Shown piece by piece: positions 29,201 through 38,684 of a DNA stretch of 64,000 nucleotides (within the stretch, counting starts at the first letter, position 1; every line of letters begins with the position of its first letter). The translations under genes and the position numbers were made by a program. Source of the DNA: an uncultured virus (IMG/VR IMGVR_UViG_3300033141_004958) (lineage: Duplodnaviria > Heunggongvirae > Uroviricota > Caudoviricetes); the IMG/VR virus record IMGVR_UViG_3300033141_004958; one strand, given 5' to 3'. The notes beneath the pieces were generated by a model. It saw only the letters and a program-made list of their open reading frames with translations, searched no databases and was not told the DNA's origin.

Positions 29201-30027
29201 ATTTGTGCATTGACGAAATCTATTTGGGAGATTGCGTAGAGGGCATGAAAAAACTTCGCGCAGAAACTGTATCGCTGATTATTGCCGATCCCCCCTTCGG
29301 TATTGATTTTAAGGCGAAGCGACGTACTTATAGTCGTACGGAATCACACGTACTCAAGGGATATAGGGAGATAGCACCTACAGATTATTTCACCTTTACG
29401 AAGAAGTGGATGAAGGAGGCGTTTAGGCTCCTTAAGGAATCAGGTAGTATGTTTGTATTCTCGGGGTGGAACCGCCTCCGAGATATTCTAAATGCCCTTC
29501 ATGAAACCGACTTCATTACAATCAATCATATTATCTGGAAATACCAGTTTGGTGTAGCGACACGCCGGAGATTTGTTACATCACACTACCATTGTTTGTA
29601 CGTTTGTAAAAACGATAAGAAACGTAAGTTCTTTCCTTATGTAAGATTCGGCAAAGAAGAGCGTGACGCCAATGGTAAAAGTCTCCACTATCGCGACAAA
29701 GAGGACGTTTGGCAAATAAAGCGCGAATATTGGCATGGGAGTTTGACGACCCCGACTAAACTTCCCTTAGAGCTTATTAAGAAAATTATACTCTACACCA
29801 GTGAGGAGGGGGATTTGGTTTTGGATCCATTTTTGGGTTCCGGCCAGGTTGCCGTAGTGAGTAAGATGCTGAAAAGGCACTACCTGGGCTTTGAAATAGT
29901 AAAGGAATATTATGATTTCGCAAGGGCGAGGTTGGAATCGGACGCATACCGCATAGCATCGATTCCAGAGGGGCAAACATGTGTGAAGACTTCCGACCTC
30001 TTTGGTACTACAGAAAACGCATTATGA
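29197..30027 (+). CDS. DNA N6-adenine/N4-cytosine methyltransferase, beta class
   Basis: GDCVEGM, ADPPF catalytic motif before LDPFLGSG SAM-binding motif, PTKLP. Confidence 0.93.
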   Translation: MNLCIDEIYLGDCVEGMKKLRAETVSLIIADPPFGIDFKAKRRTYSRTESHVLKGYREIAPTDYFTFTKKWMKEAFRLLKESGSMFVFSGWNRLRDILNALHETDFITINHIIWKYQFGVATRRRFVTSHYHCLYVCKNDKKRKFFPYVRFGKEERDANGKSLHYRDKEDVWQIKREYWHGSLTTPTKLPLELIKKIILYTSEEGDLVLDPFLGSGQVAVVSKMLKRHYLGFEIVKEYYDFARARLESDAYRIASIPEGQTCVKTSDLFGTTENAL

Positions 30028-30099
30028 TAGAGGAGATAAGCAAGTTCTAATATTCGAACATCACTATCTTGCTATGGACTTGTACTTTGAATTATTATT

Positions 30100-30190
30100 G
30101 CGCACGAATATATGAATTTACTATATACATAATACGTCTACGTCTAAAAAAAACAGGAAATTAGGCAGTAGTTTGGTGGAAAAGTAGGTC
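30100..30190 (+). pseudogene. Degraded second copy of the gp62 3' end
   Basis: aggaaattaggcagtagtttggtggaaaa matches gp62 aggaaattaggcagtggtttggtggaaaa (TGG>TAG); upstream AHEYMNLL versus AREYMDLL. Confidence 0.8.
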
Positions 30191-30243
30191 AGATAAAACA
30201 TATATAATATTAGTATGTGGTATTAATAATGTAAGGGGATGAT

Positions 30244-30690
30244 ATGAAAAACACTGAGGATATAAAACTATTTGAGAGCAAAGCAAGAGGAATTGAGGTT
30301 AATCTTTTGGCTGATTTTTCTATAGTTCGTGAAACTCTTGAAAGAGTGGGCATAAAGAATGAGAATAAGAAAACCTTATATCCATCATGTTATATTATTT
30401 CTGAAATCGATGATGAGGGTGAGACCCGATATTTTGTAGTACATTTTAAGCAGTTATTTATACGAGATGGAAAAGAGGATACTCTTAGCGAGCATGACAT
30501 TCTACGGCTAAAGACCATCGTTTATTTGCTTGTCCAATGGGGTCTTGTAGAAGTTGTTGACCCTAATAGTATTGACGTTATTCTTAGGGATAAGATAGAC
30601 GTTATTTCGCATAAAGAAAGAAATGAATATAATATCGTGCACAAATATGTATTTACAAGAAAAGTGGATGCGTCTGAGATAGAACAATAA
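30244..30690 (+). CDS. regA: Translational repressor RegA
   Basis: DFSIVRETLERVGI, LYPSCYI, YFVVHFKQLF, LLVQWGLV. Confidence 0.92.
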   Translation: MKNTEDIKLFESKARGIEVNLLADFSIVRETLERVGIKNENKKTLYPSCYIISEIDDEGETRYFVVHFKQLFIRDGKEDTLSEHDILRLKTIVYLLVQWGLVEVVDPNSIDVILRDKIDVISHKERNEYNIVHKYVFTRKVDASEIEQ

Positions 30691-30713
30691 CATCATATAT
30701 TGTTGGTACACAA

Positions 30714-31799
30714 ATGAAAATTCTACAAATATGTCCTGTAAATCTTAGTAAGGCATTCTTTAAGCAAGTAGTTCCGGATGCAATAGGTAATCCCTCTCAT
30801 GGGCGCTGCCCCATTTGCGGCGATAGCCGGTATAATAAGAAAAAGCGTAGAATGTATTTATTAGTAGATCGGCAGAAGAATTTGGTTACTGTTTTCTGCC
30901 ATAATTGTGGTTATTCTCGACGCTTCGACTTATTTCTGAAAGAGAATTTTCCACAACACTATGATAGATATATTAGAGACGTTCGCGCGATACATCTCAG
31001 TTCGGCGATAGGAAATTATACAACTCCTCGATCCAAACAACAGCCTTTTGAAGTATCAGAAATAAAAAAATTACAGAAGACGTTTACGGCGGAAAAACAT
31101 TTAGCGCAATTTGGGCATCCATTAACACAATCTCCCACGACACCCCAAGCAAAAAAAATTCATGATCTCGCGATTAAAATGCTTAAGTCTCGCAATTACC
31201 CTAAAGAGGTATTTGAAGAGGCAAAATTAAAGTTTAAGTATTGTATAGATGGCCAATATGCAGGTAGATTGATATTACCATATTTCACATCTGATGCTCA
31301 GATTTATTATTTTCAAGCTCGAGATGTGACAGGGACTAAATGTGTTCGATACCTATCTTGGCATCGAACCGATGCCGAAAAGAAAATAATTCCGCCTTAT
31401 ATTCCATATAATTGGTTTAATATTGATAGAAATAAGGTAGTTTATGTCCTGGAGGGAATATTGGACGCCCTTTATTTTCCAAATGCTATAGCAACCGCAG
31501 GTGTACCGATCGGTCGGTTACAATATAATTTTATTACCCAAAACTTAGATCGAAAGAAGGTAGTATATATATTTGATAACGATAAAGCTGGCCATCGCGA
31601 AGCAGAGGTACACGCAAAACGTGGGGATTTTGTTTTTATTTGGCCCAAAAAATGGAAAGACTTTAAGGATATGGGCGAGGTCTTTTCATCAAATGAATTT
31701 GATAAAGAAATATTTACCACGGCGATATCTATGGGTGATGTTGCACTAACAAAACTTAAAATGAATAAAACTCTAAAAACTATATTGAGCTGCCCGTAA
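30714..31799 (+). CDS. gp61: DNA primase gp61
   Basis: RCPICGDS, FCHNCG zinc finger, FQAR, TOPRIM EGILDA / FDND, KDM. Confidence 0.94.
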   Translation: MKILQICPVNLSKAFFKQVVPDAIGNPSHGRCPICGDSRYNKKKRRMYLLVDRQKNLVTVFCHNCGYSRRFDLFLKENFPQHYDRYIRDVRAIHLSSAIGNYTTPRSKQQPFEVSEIKKLQKTFTAEKHLAQFGHPLTQSPTTPQAKKIHDLAIKMLKSRNYPKEVFEEAKLKFKYCIDGQYAGRLILPYFTSDAQIYYFQARDVTGTKCVRYLSWHRTDAEKKIIPPYIPYNWFNIDRNKVVYVLEGILDALYFPNAIATAGVPIGRLQYNFITQNLDRKKVVYIFDNDKAGHREAEVHAKRGDFVFIWPKKWKDFKDMGEVFSSNEFDKEIFTTAISMGDVALTKLKMNKTLKTILSCP

Positions 31800-31810
31800 A
31801 GGAGAACGAA

Positions 31811-32200
31811 ATGAAATATTTTTTGACTGCATTCTTAGTATTGGCCCTGGTTCTAGGCGCAGGATGCGCCAATTGCCCACAAACAGCCGAAGATACTATT
31901 ACACAATGGCAAAAATTACCAATTGGTAAAAAGCTGGCAGTAATTCAAGAGCAAATAGTACGAACGGCAGGCTTGATTGATGAAATCCATGCAGCTGGGG
32001 TACTTGATGCGGAAAAATATGAAGAAGCCAAGGATAGATTAGTCGAGGCCGTACGAATATATAATGTGGCCGTTTCATTGTATGAATTAGACCAACCCGA
32101 TCTGTCCAGTGAGCAGGCCGACGCCGCGGAAGAGGCATTGGATATATTAACAGATCTACTGGCTACATATTTAGCAAATACAAACACTAACGATTCTTAG
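31811..32200 (+). CDS. Predicted lipoprotein
   Basis: MKYF + hydrophobic core + LGAGC lipobox; AAGGAG RBS. Confidence 0.7.
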   Translation: MKYFLTAFLVLALVLGAGCANCPQTAEDTITQWQKLPIGKKLAVIQEQIVRTAGLIDEIHAAGVLDAEKYEEAKDRLVEAVRIYNVAVSLYELDQPDLSSEQADAAEEALDILTDLLATYLANTNTNDS

Positions 32201-32207
32201 GAGTTAA

Positions 32208-32405
32208 ATGATGTCAAATACAAGTAAAGATATTAGCGAACTTCTATATGTTATATTATTATTAGTCCGAGAACTTCATAATATCGGAGATCTAATATCT
32301 AAAGCTTATGAGCTACCGGAGCCTGCGCGGCTACCAGAAGATTTTGATGCTATTCTGGAAATGCATAAATCCCAAAAAGCATCAAAGGATGACGTGGAGC
32401 AATAA
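32208..32405 (+). CDS. Hypothetical protein
   Basis: AGGAG RBS; fills gap between lipoprotein and DHH gene. Confidence 0.55.
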   Translation: MMSNTSKDISELLYVILLLVRELHNIGDLISKAYELPEPARLPEDFDAILEMHKSQKASKDDVEQ

Positions 32406-32406
32406 A

Positions 32407-33369
32407 ATGGACCCGTCTATTGTTAATTTTACACATTATGATTTGGATGGCGTGGGGGCATCACTTGCCATTCGTGCAGCATTTCCCCAATCGCAAATAC
32501 TCTCAATTATACCCTGCGCTTATGGAGTGGGTTCAACGAATTTAAACACTCGTATTGATAAATTTATATCCGCGGGTCTTTATAAAAAGTATAATTTAAT
32601 TTTTGTTACCGATCTATCTCTATGTGATGATGTGTATGCCAGATTAAAGGATGTCGATTCCCCATCTACACGGATCTACTATATCGATCATCATTTAAAT
32701 GAAAACCGACCATCTATTAAAAGTAAGAATTTTATGTCTGTTATTTCATCTGAAAATAAAGCGAGTGCTGCGTTATTAACATTCAACCTATTAAGGTCCA
32801 TCATACTAAAAAATAATGATATTGATATTTCGAAGGTGTCGCGATTTATACAAATTATTGATGATTATGACCGGTGGGTGATGTCCGAGCCGGCGTCGAT
32901 TCCTCTAAATATACTATTTTTTCATTATGGTTTTTGGACATTCTATGCCCGTTTTTGTAACTTTGACCTGAATCTTATGCAAAAAGAGATTGATCTGGTT
33001 AAACATGAACTTAAATTGATAGAACAATACAAACGGCAATCTCTTGAAAATTGTTATTTAATTGAGCCTACGAATATTGTATTGGTACCTCATATGAAGA
33101 AGTATGCAAACGAAGTAGGCGATTATATAATGAAAAATGGATATGACGCAGTTATTATGCTCGTAGACCAAGATGACACATCTACACGTTTATCTATTAG
33201 AACATCGCAGCGACTTTCGTGGAGAGACGATCTCGATTTGGGTTGTTTTCTTCAAACGCTCGGAGGCGGTGGAGCAAAAAGCGTTGGCGGAGTAATATGC
33301 AAAACAGAAGAATTAAAGGATGTGGTAGAGAATATAGCCCTATATTTGGATAAGATGAAAGAAGGATGA
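32407..33369 (+). CDS. DHH/DHHA1 phosphoesterase
   Basis: THYDLDGVG, FVTDL, IDHH, SAA, DDYDRW, SIR, GGGG. Confidence 0.88.
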   Translation: MDPSIVNFTHYDLDGVGASLAIRAAFPQSQILSIIPCAYGVGSTNLNTRIDKFISAGLYKKYNLIFVTDLSLCDDVYARLKDVDSPSTRIYYIDHHLNENRPSIKSKNFMSVISSENKASAALLTFNLLRSIILKNNDIDISKVSRFIQIIDDYDRWVMSEPASIPLNILFFHYGFWTFYARFCNFDLNLMQKEIDLVKHELKLIEQYKRQSLENCYLIEPTNIVLVPHMKKYANEVGDYIMKNGYDAVIMLVDQDDTSTRLSIRTSQRLSWRDDLDLGCFLQTLGGGGAKSVGGVICKTEELKDVVENIALYLDKMKEG

Positions 33370-33370
33370 C

Positions 33371-33880
33371 ATGATTGGTGAAAGGGCTTTAATTAAAGTG
33401 ACGTGGCAAGAAGTTCAGGCAGCAGTGCATGATATTGTCAAAAAACTCTTAGTGTTGGAAGGTTATTCAAAAATAGATTTTGATGATATTCATGCAATTG
33501 TATACATTCCCCGGGGAGGAGCAATTCCAGCGGCTATGTTAGCGCGGGATCTGTATGCACGTCACCGGCTCGCTGGGGAAATGTTACCGATTATGGATAT
33601 AAATACTTATGAGCAACTAATAGCAGTCGGTAACAACGGAAAGTGTTTGTTAGTTGACGATATTATAGAGCGCGGCGATGCTTTCACCCGGGCATTGCAG
33701 AGTTGTACAGATGCAATTCCGGTGGCACTGTATAAGAAATGCTGTAAAGACGCTAAAGAAATTCCAGATGTAATTGTAGGACGACAATTACCAAGTGGAA
33801 AATATTGGTTGGTTTTCCCTTGGGAAAATATAAGTGAAGAGGAGATTCGCTCTAATGTCTACTACGAGACGGATGAGTAA
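33371..33880 (+). CDS. Type I phosphoribosyltransferase (xanthine-guanine PRT-like)
   Basis: IPRGGAIPA, LLVDDIIERGDA PRPP loop, WLVFPWE. Confidence 0.88.
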   Translation: MIGERALIKVTWQEVQAAVHDIVKKLLVLEGYSKIDFDDIHAIVYIPRGGAIPAAMLARDLYARHRLAGEMLPIMDINTYEQLIAVGNNGKCLLVDDIIERGDAFTRALQSCTDAIPVALYKKCCKDAKEIPDVIVGRQLPSGKYWLVFPWENISEEEIRSNVYYETDE

Positions 33881-34856
33881 AACACTTATCTATCCTTCGA
33901 AAATATTAAAGGGGTCTAGAAACGTTGGAAATATAAAAGAATATTTGAATATAGATATTCCCCGCGCACCGTTATGCGTGCAAGTCAAAACTATACGGTT
34001 TGCTGACGTATCTCATCGGTTCGAATCTAATCTGGATCTTCAATCTGTTTTGCCGGATGATAAATGTATAGTTTTCATATCGGATCTTCACCTAAACAGT
34101 AATACTGGTAAAGATGACTTTACGCCACAGAAGCTATTATTTCTTGATTTTCTTAGGGCCTTGGATATAGATAGTGTAGAGTTAATTGTATTGTTGGGGG
34201 ATATTTTTGACATATGGGAAGAGCCAAATGTACTACAAATTTTAATCAATAATGCATATACTATAAAACAATTATTGGCATTTAATTGGGTGTATGTATA
34301 TGGAAACCACGACGACACCATGGATTTAGTATGTAAATCTGATATTTTATCGATATATGGTAAAATTTTTGCATATCATGGCCACCAGGAAGATCCATCA
34401 TGTTGTAAAAATAGTCTCCTTGGTAGATGTGCGTCGTGGTTATGGGCAGGGCTCCAATGTATGGGGATAGAAAAGTGGGGATTTATAAAAGAGATTAAAC
34501 GTAGAGTAATTCTTTGGAATTCAAGACGATTATCATCGGGGCGGACATATAGTAGCAGCCCCACGATGCAAAAAATTCCAGATGCCTATTATAATCGCTT
34601 TAGGCAAATAGCAGAGCCTATAGCAATATTCGGGCATACACATGTACCTGCCCTTGAAGTGAAATATTATCCGTTTGCCAGCTGTACCGCTGGGGATACA
34701 AATATCTTTGGTCGAACTAAAGTTATAGCAAATTGTGGAAGTTGGACGACCAACCATCAAGGATCGGCGATTTTTCTATGGAATGATAGAATTGAGTTGA
34801 GAATATATAAAGAAAGGATTTATGGTGAGACGGCCGTTCAAAAATCCGCCGATTAG
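33873..34856 (+). CDS. Calcineurin-like metallophosphoesterase (LpxH-like)
   Basis: ISDLHL, LGDIFDIW, GNHD, YHGH, FGHTH, NCGSW. Confidence 0.88.
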   Translation: MSKTLIYPSKILKGSRNVGNIKEYLNIDIPRAPLCVQVKTIRFADVSHRFESNLDLQSVLPDDKCIVFISDLHLNSNTGKDDFTPQKLLFLDFLRALDIDSVELIVLLGDIFDIWEEPNVLQILINNAYTIKQLLAFNWVYVYGNHDDTMDLVCKSDILSIYGKIFAYHGHQEDPSCCKNSLLGRCASWLWAGLQCMGIEKWGFIKEIKRRVILWNSRRLSSGRTYSSSPTMQKIPDAYYNRFRQIAEPIAIFGHTHVPALEVKYYPFASCTAGDTNIFGRTKVIANCGSWTTNHQGSAIFLWNDRIELRIYKERIYGETAVQKSAD

Positions 34857-35949
34857 AACAGACATTAAAAATCCTGGAGATATATATCCAATAGTAGCGT
34901 TTCCTGCAGATACTGGCGGCTGCGGGTTCTATAGAATTAGATTTCCACTATCTATAATAACGGCTCTTAGATATGCGTCTGTTACGCTAAGCGATTATTT
35001 TTACAGAGATATTCGTGACTTAGCAAAATTTAATACAGTCGCATTTCAAAGGCAATGTTCTCGACTAAATGTTTTACAATTGGAGAAACTTTTAGAGTAT
35101 CGAAGCTCTATAAAAAAGAAGATACTAGTAACTTATGAATTAGATGATAATGTTCATGTTATACACCCAGCAAATCAATCATCTAAGTTTTACGGCCCCG
35201 TCGAAAGACAAAATATCATTACTATGATGAGTATGGTTGATCGTGTTTCATTTTCCACTGAGCCATTGCGGCAATTCTACTATGCTGCTGGTATTAAAAA
35301 TTCAGTTGTTATACCTAATTACTTGCCCTTTTCTATGTGGGGTGGGTTTGAACGAAGGACATCTTTACCGCCAACTAAAAATTCGCGTAAAAAGCCCCGT
35401 ATATTATGGACAGGTAGTTCTACTCATCATGGAAATAAAAATGATACTATGGTATTAAGGCATTTAGTGAATGAAACTAAACATAAATATATCTGGATAT
35501 TTCAAGGGTCAATTGACCCAGAGATTCGAAGCATCCCGGGAGTTGAATTAGAATTATATCCATGGGTGGGCATACATTTGTATCCATCATATATGTATAA
35601 TATATTACCGGATTTAGCGGTCGTGCCGCTGATTAAATCGGATTTTAACTATGCAAAATCCGATCTAAAACTCTTAGAGTTGGGGGCATGTTATATTCCT
35701 GGTGTTTTTTCAGATATTGGGCCCATGGGGCCATATAAATTAGCTCCATATAAGATTCCACATGATGCAGATGTAAAAACTTGGGAAAAATATATCAAAG
35801 ATCTTATAAATAATATAGAGAAATATAAAGAGGTTCGTAGGAAACAAATTGGTATTGTCAATGAGCGTTGGTTGGAAGATCCTAAAAATATTTTTAAATG
35901 GTGCAAGTTCTATGGAATTGATTTAAAAATGGGAGGAACGAATACATGA
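34822..35949 (+). CDS. GT-B glycosyltransferase
   Basis: DTGGCGFYR, FQRQ, ELDD, STEPL, IPNYL, WTGSSTH, PL..SDFNYAKSDLKLLE. Confidence 0.85.
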   Translation: MVRRPFKNPPIRTDIKNPGDIYPIVAFPADTGGCGFYRIRFPLSIITALRYASVTLSDYFYRDIRDLAKFNTVAFQRQCSRLNVLQLEKLLEYRSSIKKKILVTYELDDNVHVIHPANQSSKFYGPVERQNIITMMSMVDRVSFSTEPLRQFYYAAGIKNSVVIPNYLPFSMWGGFERRTSLPPTKNSRKKPRILWTGSSTHHGNKNDTMVLRHLVNETKHKYIWIFQGSIDPEIRSIPGVELELYPWVGIHLYPSYMYNILPDLAVVPLIKSDFNYAKSDLKLLELGACYIPGVFSDIGPMGPYKLAPYKIPHDADVKTWEKYIKDLINNIEKYKEVRRKQIGIVNERWLEDPKNIFKWCKFYGIDLKMGGTNT

Positions 35950-36449
35950 AGGGAGTTTTCGAAAATAAAACATCAAGGCCAATTCGTTTGATGGTAGAAC
36001 CAAATGGCGCCACTTTGATTAAGCCTGGAGGTGTTGTGGTTGGACCTATAAATTTACTAAAACACATGCCAAGCTTGGAGTTCATAGGATATCCTATGAA
36101 AGAGTCTATAGAAGGGGTTCCGGATGACGTTATCCAACTATATAATTCCGCGGAAAATATACCAATGGACGATTTGCCAGATATTGACGATACTATAGAA
36201 CTGAAAAAAGCAAAAACGACATCTACAGGAATGACAATTCTACGTGAAGAATTAGTAACCTCACCACGTAGATTGGTTGAATGGGGTGTATTTGACCCAC
36301 TGGAAAGAACAATAAATACTAAAAAACTTAAGCTACGTAAGGTGACGGTTAACGAACTGCGCTTTCTATTAGATATTTTAGATATAGATTATAGTGATGA
36401 TGAGAACAAATGGGATCTTAAGAAGAAGTTGTTTGCCGCTACTACATAG
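35946..36449 (+). CDS. Hypothetical protein
   Basis: GGAGG RBS; ATGA overlap with upstream gene. Confidence 0.6.
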   Translation: MKGVFENKTSRPIRLMVEPNGATLIKPGGVVVGPINLLKHMPSLEFIGYPMKESIEGVPDDVIQLYNSAENIPMDDLPDIDDTIELKKAKTTSTGMTILREELVTSPRRLVEWGVFDPLERTINTKKLKLRKVTVNELRFLLDILDIDYSDDENKWDLKKKLFAATT

Positions 36450-36494
36450 GAGTAATTGTTAGGTAAACAGAACTAATTTACGAGGATTTCGATA

Positions 36495-37217
36495 ATGGCA
36501 TCAATGACAAAATCCGAATTAAGAGACTATATAAAGCGGCAATTAGGGTGCCCGCCACTCGAATGTGAACTTACTGATGACCAATTGAATGATGCTATAG
36601 ATGAAGCCGTTGATTGGTATGCGGATTATGGGTTTGATGGAAGCGAACGAAAAATTTTACTTATAAACGTTAAGAGTGGCGCAACTAATTATGATGTAAG
36701 TGAAGATGTTCTATCTGCAATTCGCCCAGTTGCCAGTACTATTGTAACGGGGCATGGTATAAATACATTATTTACCGCGGCGAACGCATTTTGGTATAAT
36801 GGTACAATGGCGGGACGGAGTGTTGCAGATGTTGACTTAGTTAGTTATTCGATGATGCGAGATTATATTGAGTTGCTTGACCAAAAAATGATTGGTGATA
36901 TGATAATAGAATTACTTGAAGAAGATAGTCAAATACGAATATATCCAACACCAATATCTTCCGGTACCGTGGCAGCGGAAGTGTATATGAAAGCAGCAGA
37001 TACCTATTTATATACGGTGAATTGGGTACGTCGATATGCAACTGCAGCGGCCAAAATGATATGGGGTGCCATCGGCTCTAAATTTGATGGAGAGTTGCCA
37101 ACAGGGGCAACTCTTACAATAAGAGAATATTATGACCGCGGCAAGGAAGAAAAACAAGAATTACTAGAGGAATTGACCGAACGATGGTCCGCACCAGTTC
37201 CATGGTTAATGGGATAG
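36495..37217 (+). CDS. gp13: Neck protein gp13
   Basis: ELRDYIKRQLGCP..ELTDDQL, WVRRYATA..K..WG..SKF..LPTG. Confidence 0.92.
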   Translation: MASMTKSELRDYIKRQLGCPPLECELTDDQLNDAIDEAVDWYADYGFDGSERKILLINVKSGATNYDVSEDVLSAIRPVASTIVTGHGINTLFTAANAFWYNGTMAGRSVADVDLVSYSMMRDYIELLDQKMIGDMIIELLEEDSQIRIYPTPISSGTVAAEVYMKAADTYLYTVNWVRRYATAAAKMIWGAIGSKFDGELPTGATLTIREYYDRGKEEKQELLEELTERWSAPVPWLMG

Positions 37218-37227
37218 GAGAAGTAAG

Positions 37228-37470
37228 ATGCCATCTAATATAGTAGTATCTTTTGCAAAGAAAACCGGGAAATCCGTGGCTGAAGTCGAAAAGCTCTGGG
37301 ATAAAGCAAAAGAAGCGGCAAAGAAAGAATATCCAAATGTTAAAGAAGATAGCGAACAATTTTATAAGATAGTCGTTGCTATACTTAAAAAGATGTTAGG
37401 AATCGAGGAATCATTATCAATTCAATCATTTGCAGACTTCTTTTGGACACAAACTAAAAAGGAAAAATAA
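37228..37470 (+). CDS. Small basic hypothetical protein
   Basis: AGGAG RBS; AKKTGKS..EVEKLWDKAK. Confidence 0.65.
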   Translation: MPSNIVVSFAKKTGKSVAEVEKLWDKAKEAAKKEYPNVKEDSEQFYKIVVAILKKMLGIEESLSIQSFADFFWTQTKKEK

Positions 37471-38115
37471 ATGGCATTTTCATTTGCCGATAATATTAGC
37501 AGCGAAGAGAATATGACAACGAACTTGTCTGCGGAAGCCATAAATTTGTTTAGCCATGAAGTTTGGTATTTTCCACTAGTTGACTTTGATATAGAGGCCG
37601 GCGATTTCCTGGGGGAAGATACAACACCTGGATATGCTAAGGGGTTTGTTATTAGGGCGTGGTCAACGTATGCGGATGCAGAGGATGAAATCTTTGATTT
37701 GATGGGTTTACACTTGGAACCAAGTATTGTTATGTATGTAGCGGTAAAGACATTTAATGATATCATTAAAGCAGAATTGGAAGATACGTTTGGCGTTAGC
37801 GTATCACAGCCCAAAGAAGGAGATATTATACGAGCTCCTGGATATGAACAATCATCATGGCAAGTTAGTCATGTTCAACCACAACCTTGGTTAACCGGCC
37901 AGGATACAGTATATGTATTAACATTGACGCCGTGGTTCCAAGCTCATGAATCCTTAAATATAGATACCGGTGCTACAAGTGCTACTCAATCATTAACAGC
38001 TGGATTGACTATGATAGAAGATGTAACATCGGCGGTACAATCGGCAATATCTGAATACTCGATAGAAGAAGAAGAAAGTACAGTATTAGATGGTTTCTGG
38101 AATTTGGATATATAA
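37471..38115 (+). CDS. gp14: Neck protein gp14
   Basis: EAINLF..VWYFP, FLGED, PKEGDII; follows gp13. Confidence 0.8.
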   Translation: MAFSFADNISSEENMTTNLSAEAINLFSHEVWYFPLVDFDIEAGDFLGEDTTPGYAKGFVIRAWSTYADAEDEIFDLMGLHLEPSIVMYVAVKTFNDIIKAELEDTFGVSVSQPKEGDIIRAPGYEQSSWQVSHVQPQPWLTGQDTVYVLTLTPWFQAHESLNIDTGATSATQSLTAGLTMIEDVTSAVQSAISEYSIEEEESTVLDGFWNLDI

Positions 38116-38684
38116 TGGCGAACGAAATAATAAGCACAAATGATCTTCTGGCAACGACAGATAATCCCGATATTGCCATCGGTGAAATGGAAGAGGCGCT
38201 AAGAAAAAAATGGCAAGCGCGAGTAGAAGAAGTCCGAGATTCACTAAAGCGGGTTTTACAATATAATGATGAAGAGTTTGTGAAAGATACTCTACGCACA
38301 GTGGCTAATGAGGGAAGAGTATTATTACATTTGGTGATGGAAAATATATTTGACCTGACACCCAGACAGGTTGAAACGGCGAGTACATTAGTTAATAGTA
38401 TAGTAACCGCAGTTGGTAAACTATCAGAGATAAATCAAAAGGAACGTGCACTTGATCTTAAAGCATCGGAAATAGAAAGTCGTCAACAGATAGAGGGTAC
38501 AGGAAATGACGGTGGCATAATGATACAAACGTCTCAACTTGTTGAGATGATTCGGACAGCAACTGGATTTAAAAACAATGAGAATGATGCCGAAGTAGTA
38601 GATGCCCGATATACAGTAGTGGATAACTTAGTATCCTCTTCCTCTGACAAAGGGAAACATATAGATGAGTCCGAGACGTCGTAG
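38115..38684 (+). CDS. gp16: Terminase small subunit gp16
   Basis: Helical protein with PRQVE..LV..I motif, immediately before gp17. Confidence 0.7.
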   Translation: MANEIISTNDLLATTDNPDIAIGEMEEALRKKWQARVEEVRDSLKRVLQYNDEEFVKDTLRTVANEGRVLLHLVMENIFDLTPRQVETASTLVNSIVTAVGKLSEINQKERALDLKASEIESRQQIEGTGNDGGIMIQTSQLVEMIRTATGFKNNENDAEVVDARYTVVDNLVSSSSDKGKHIDESETS

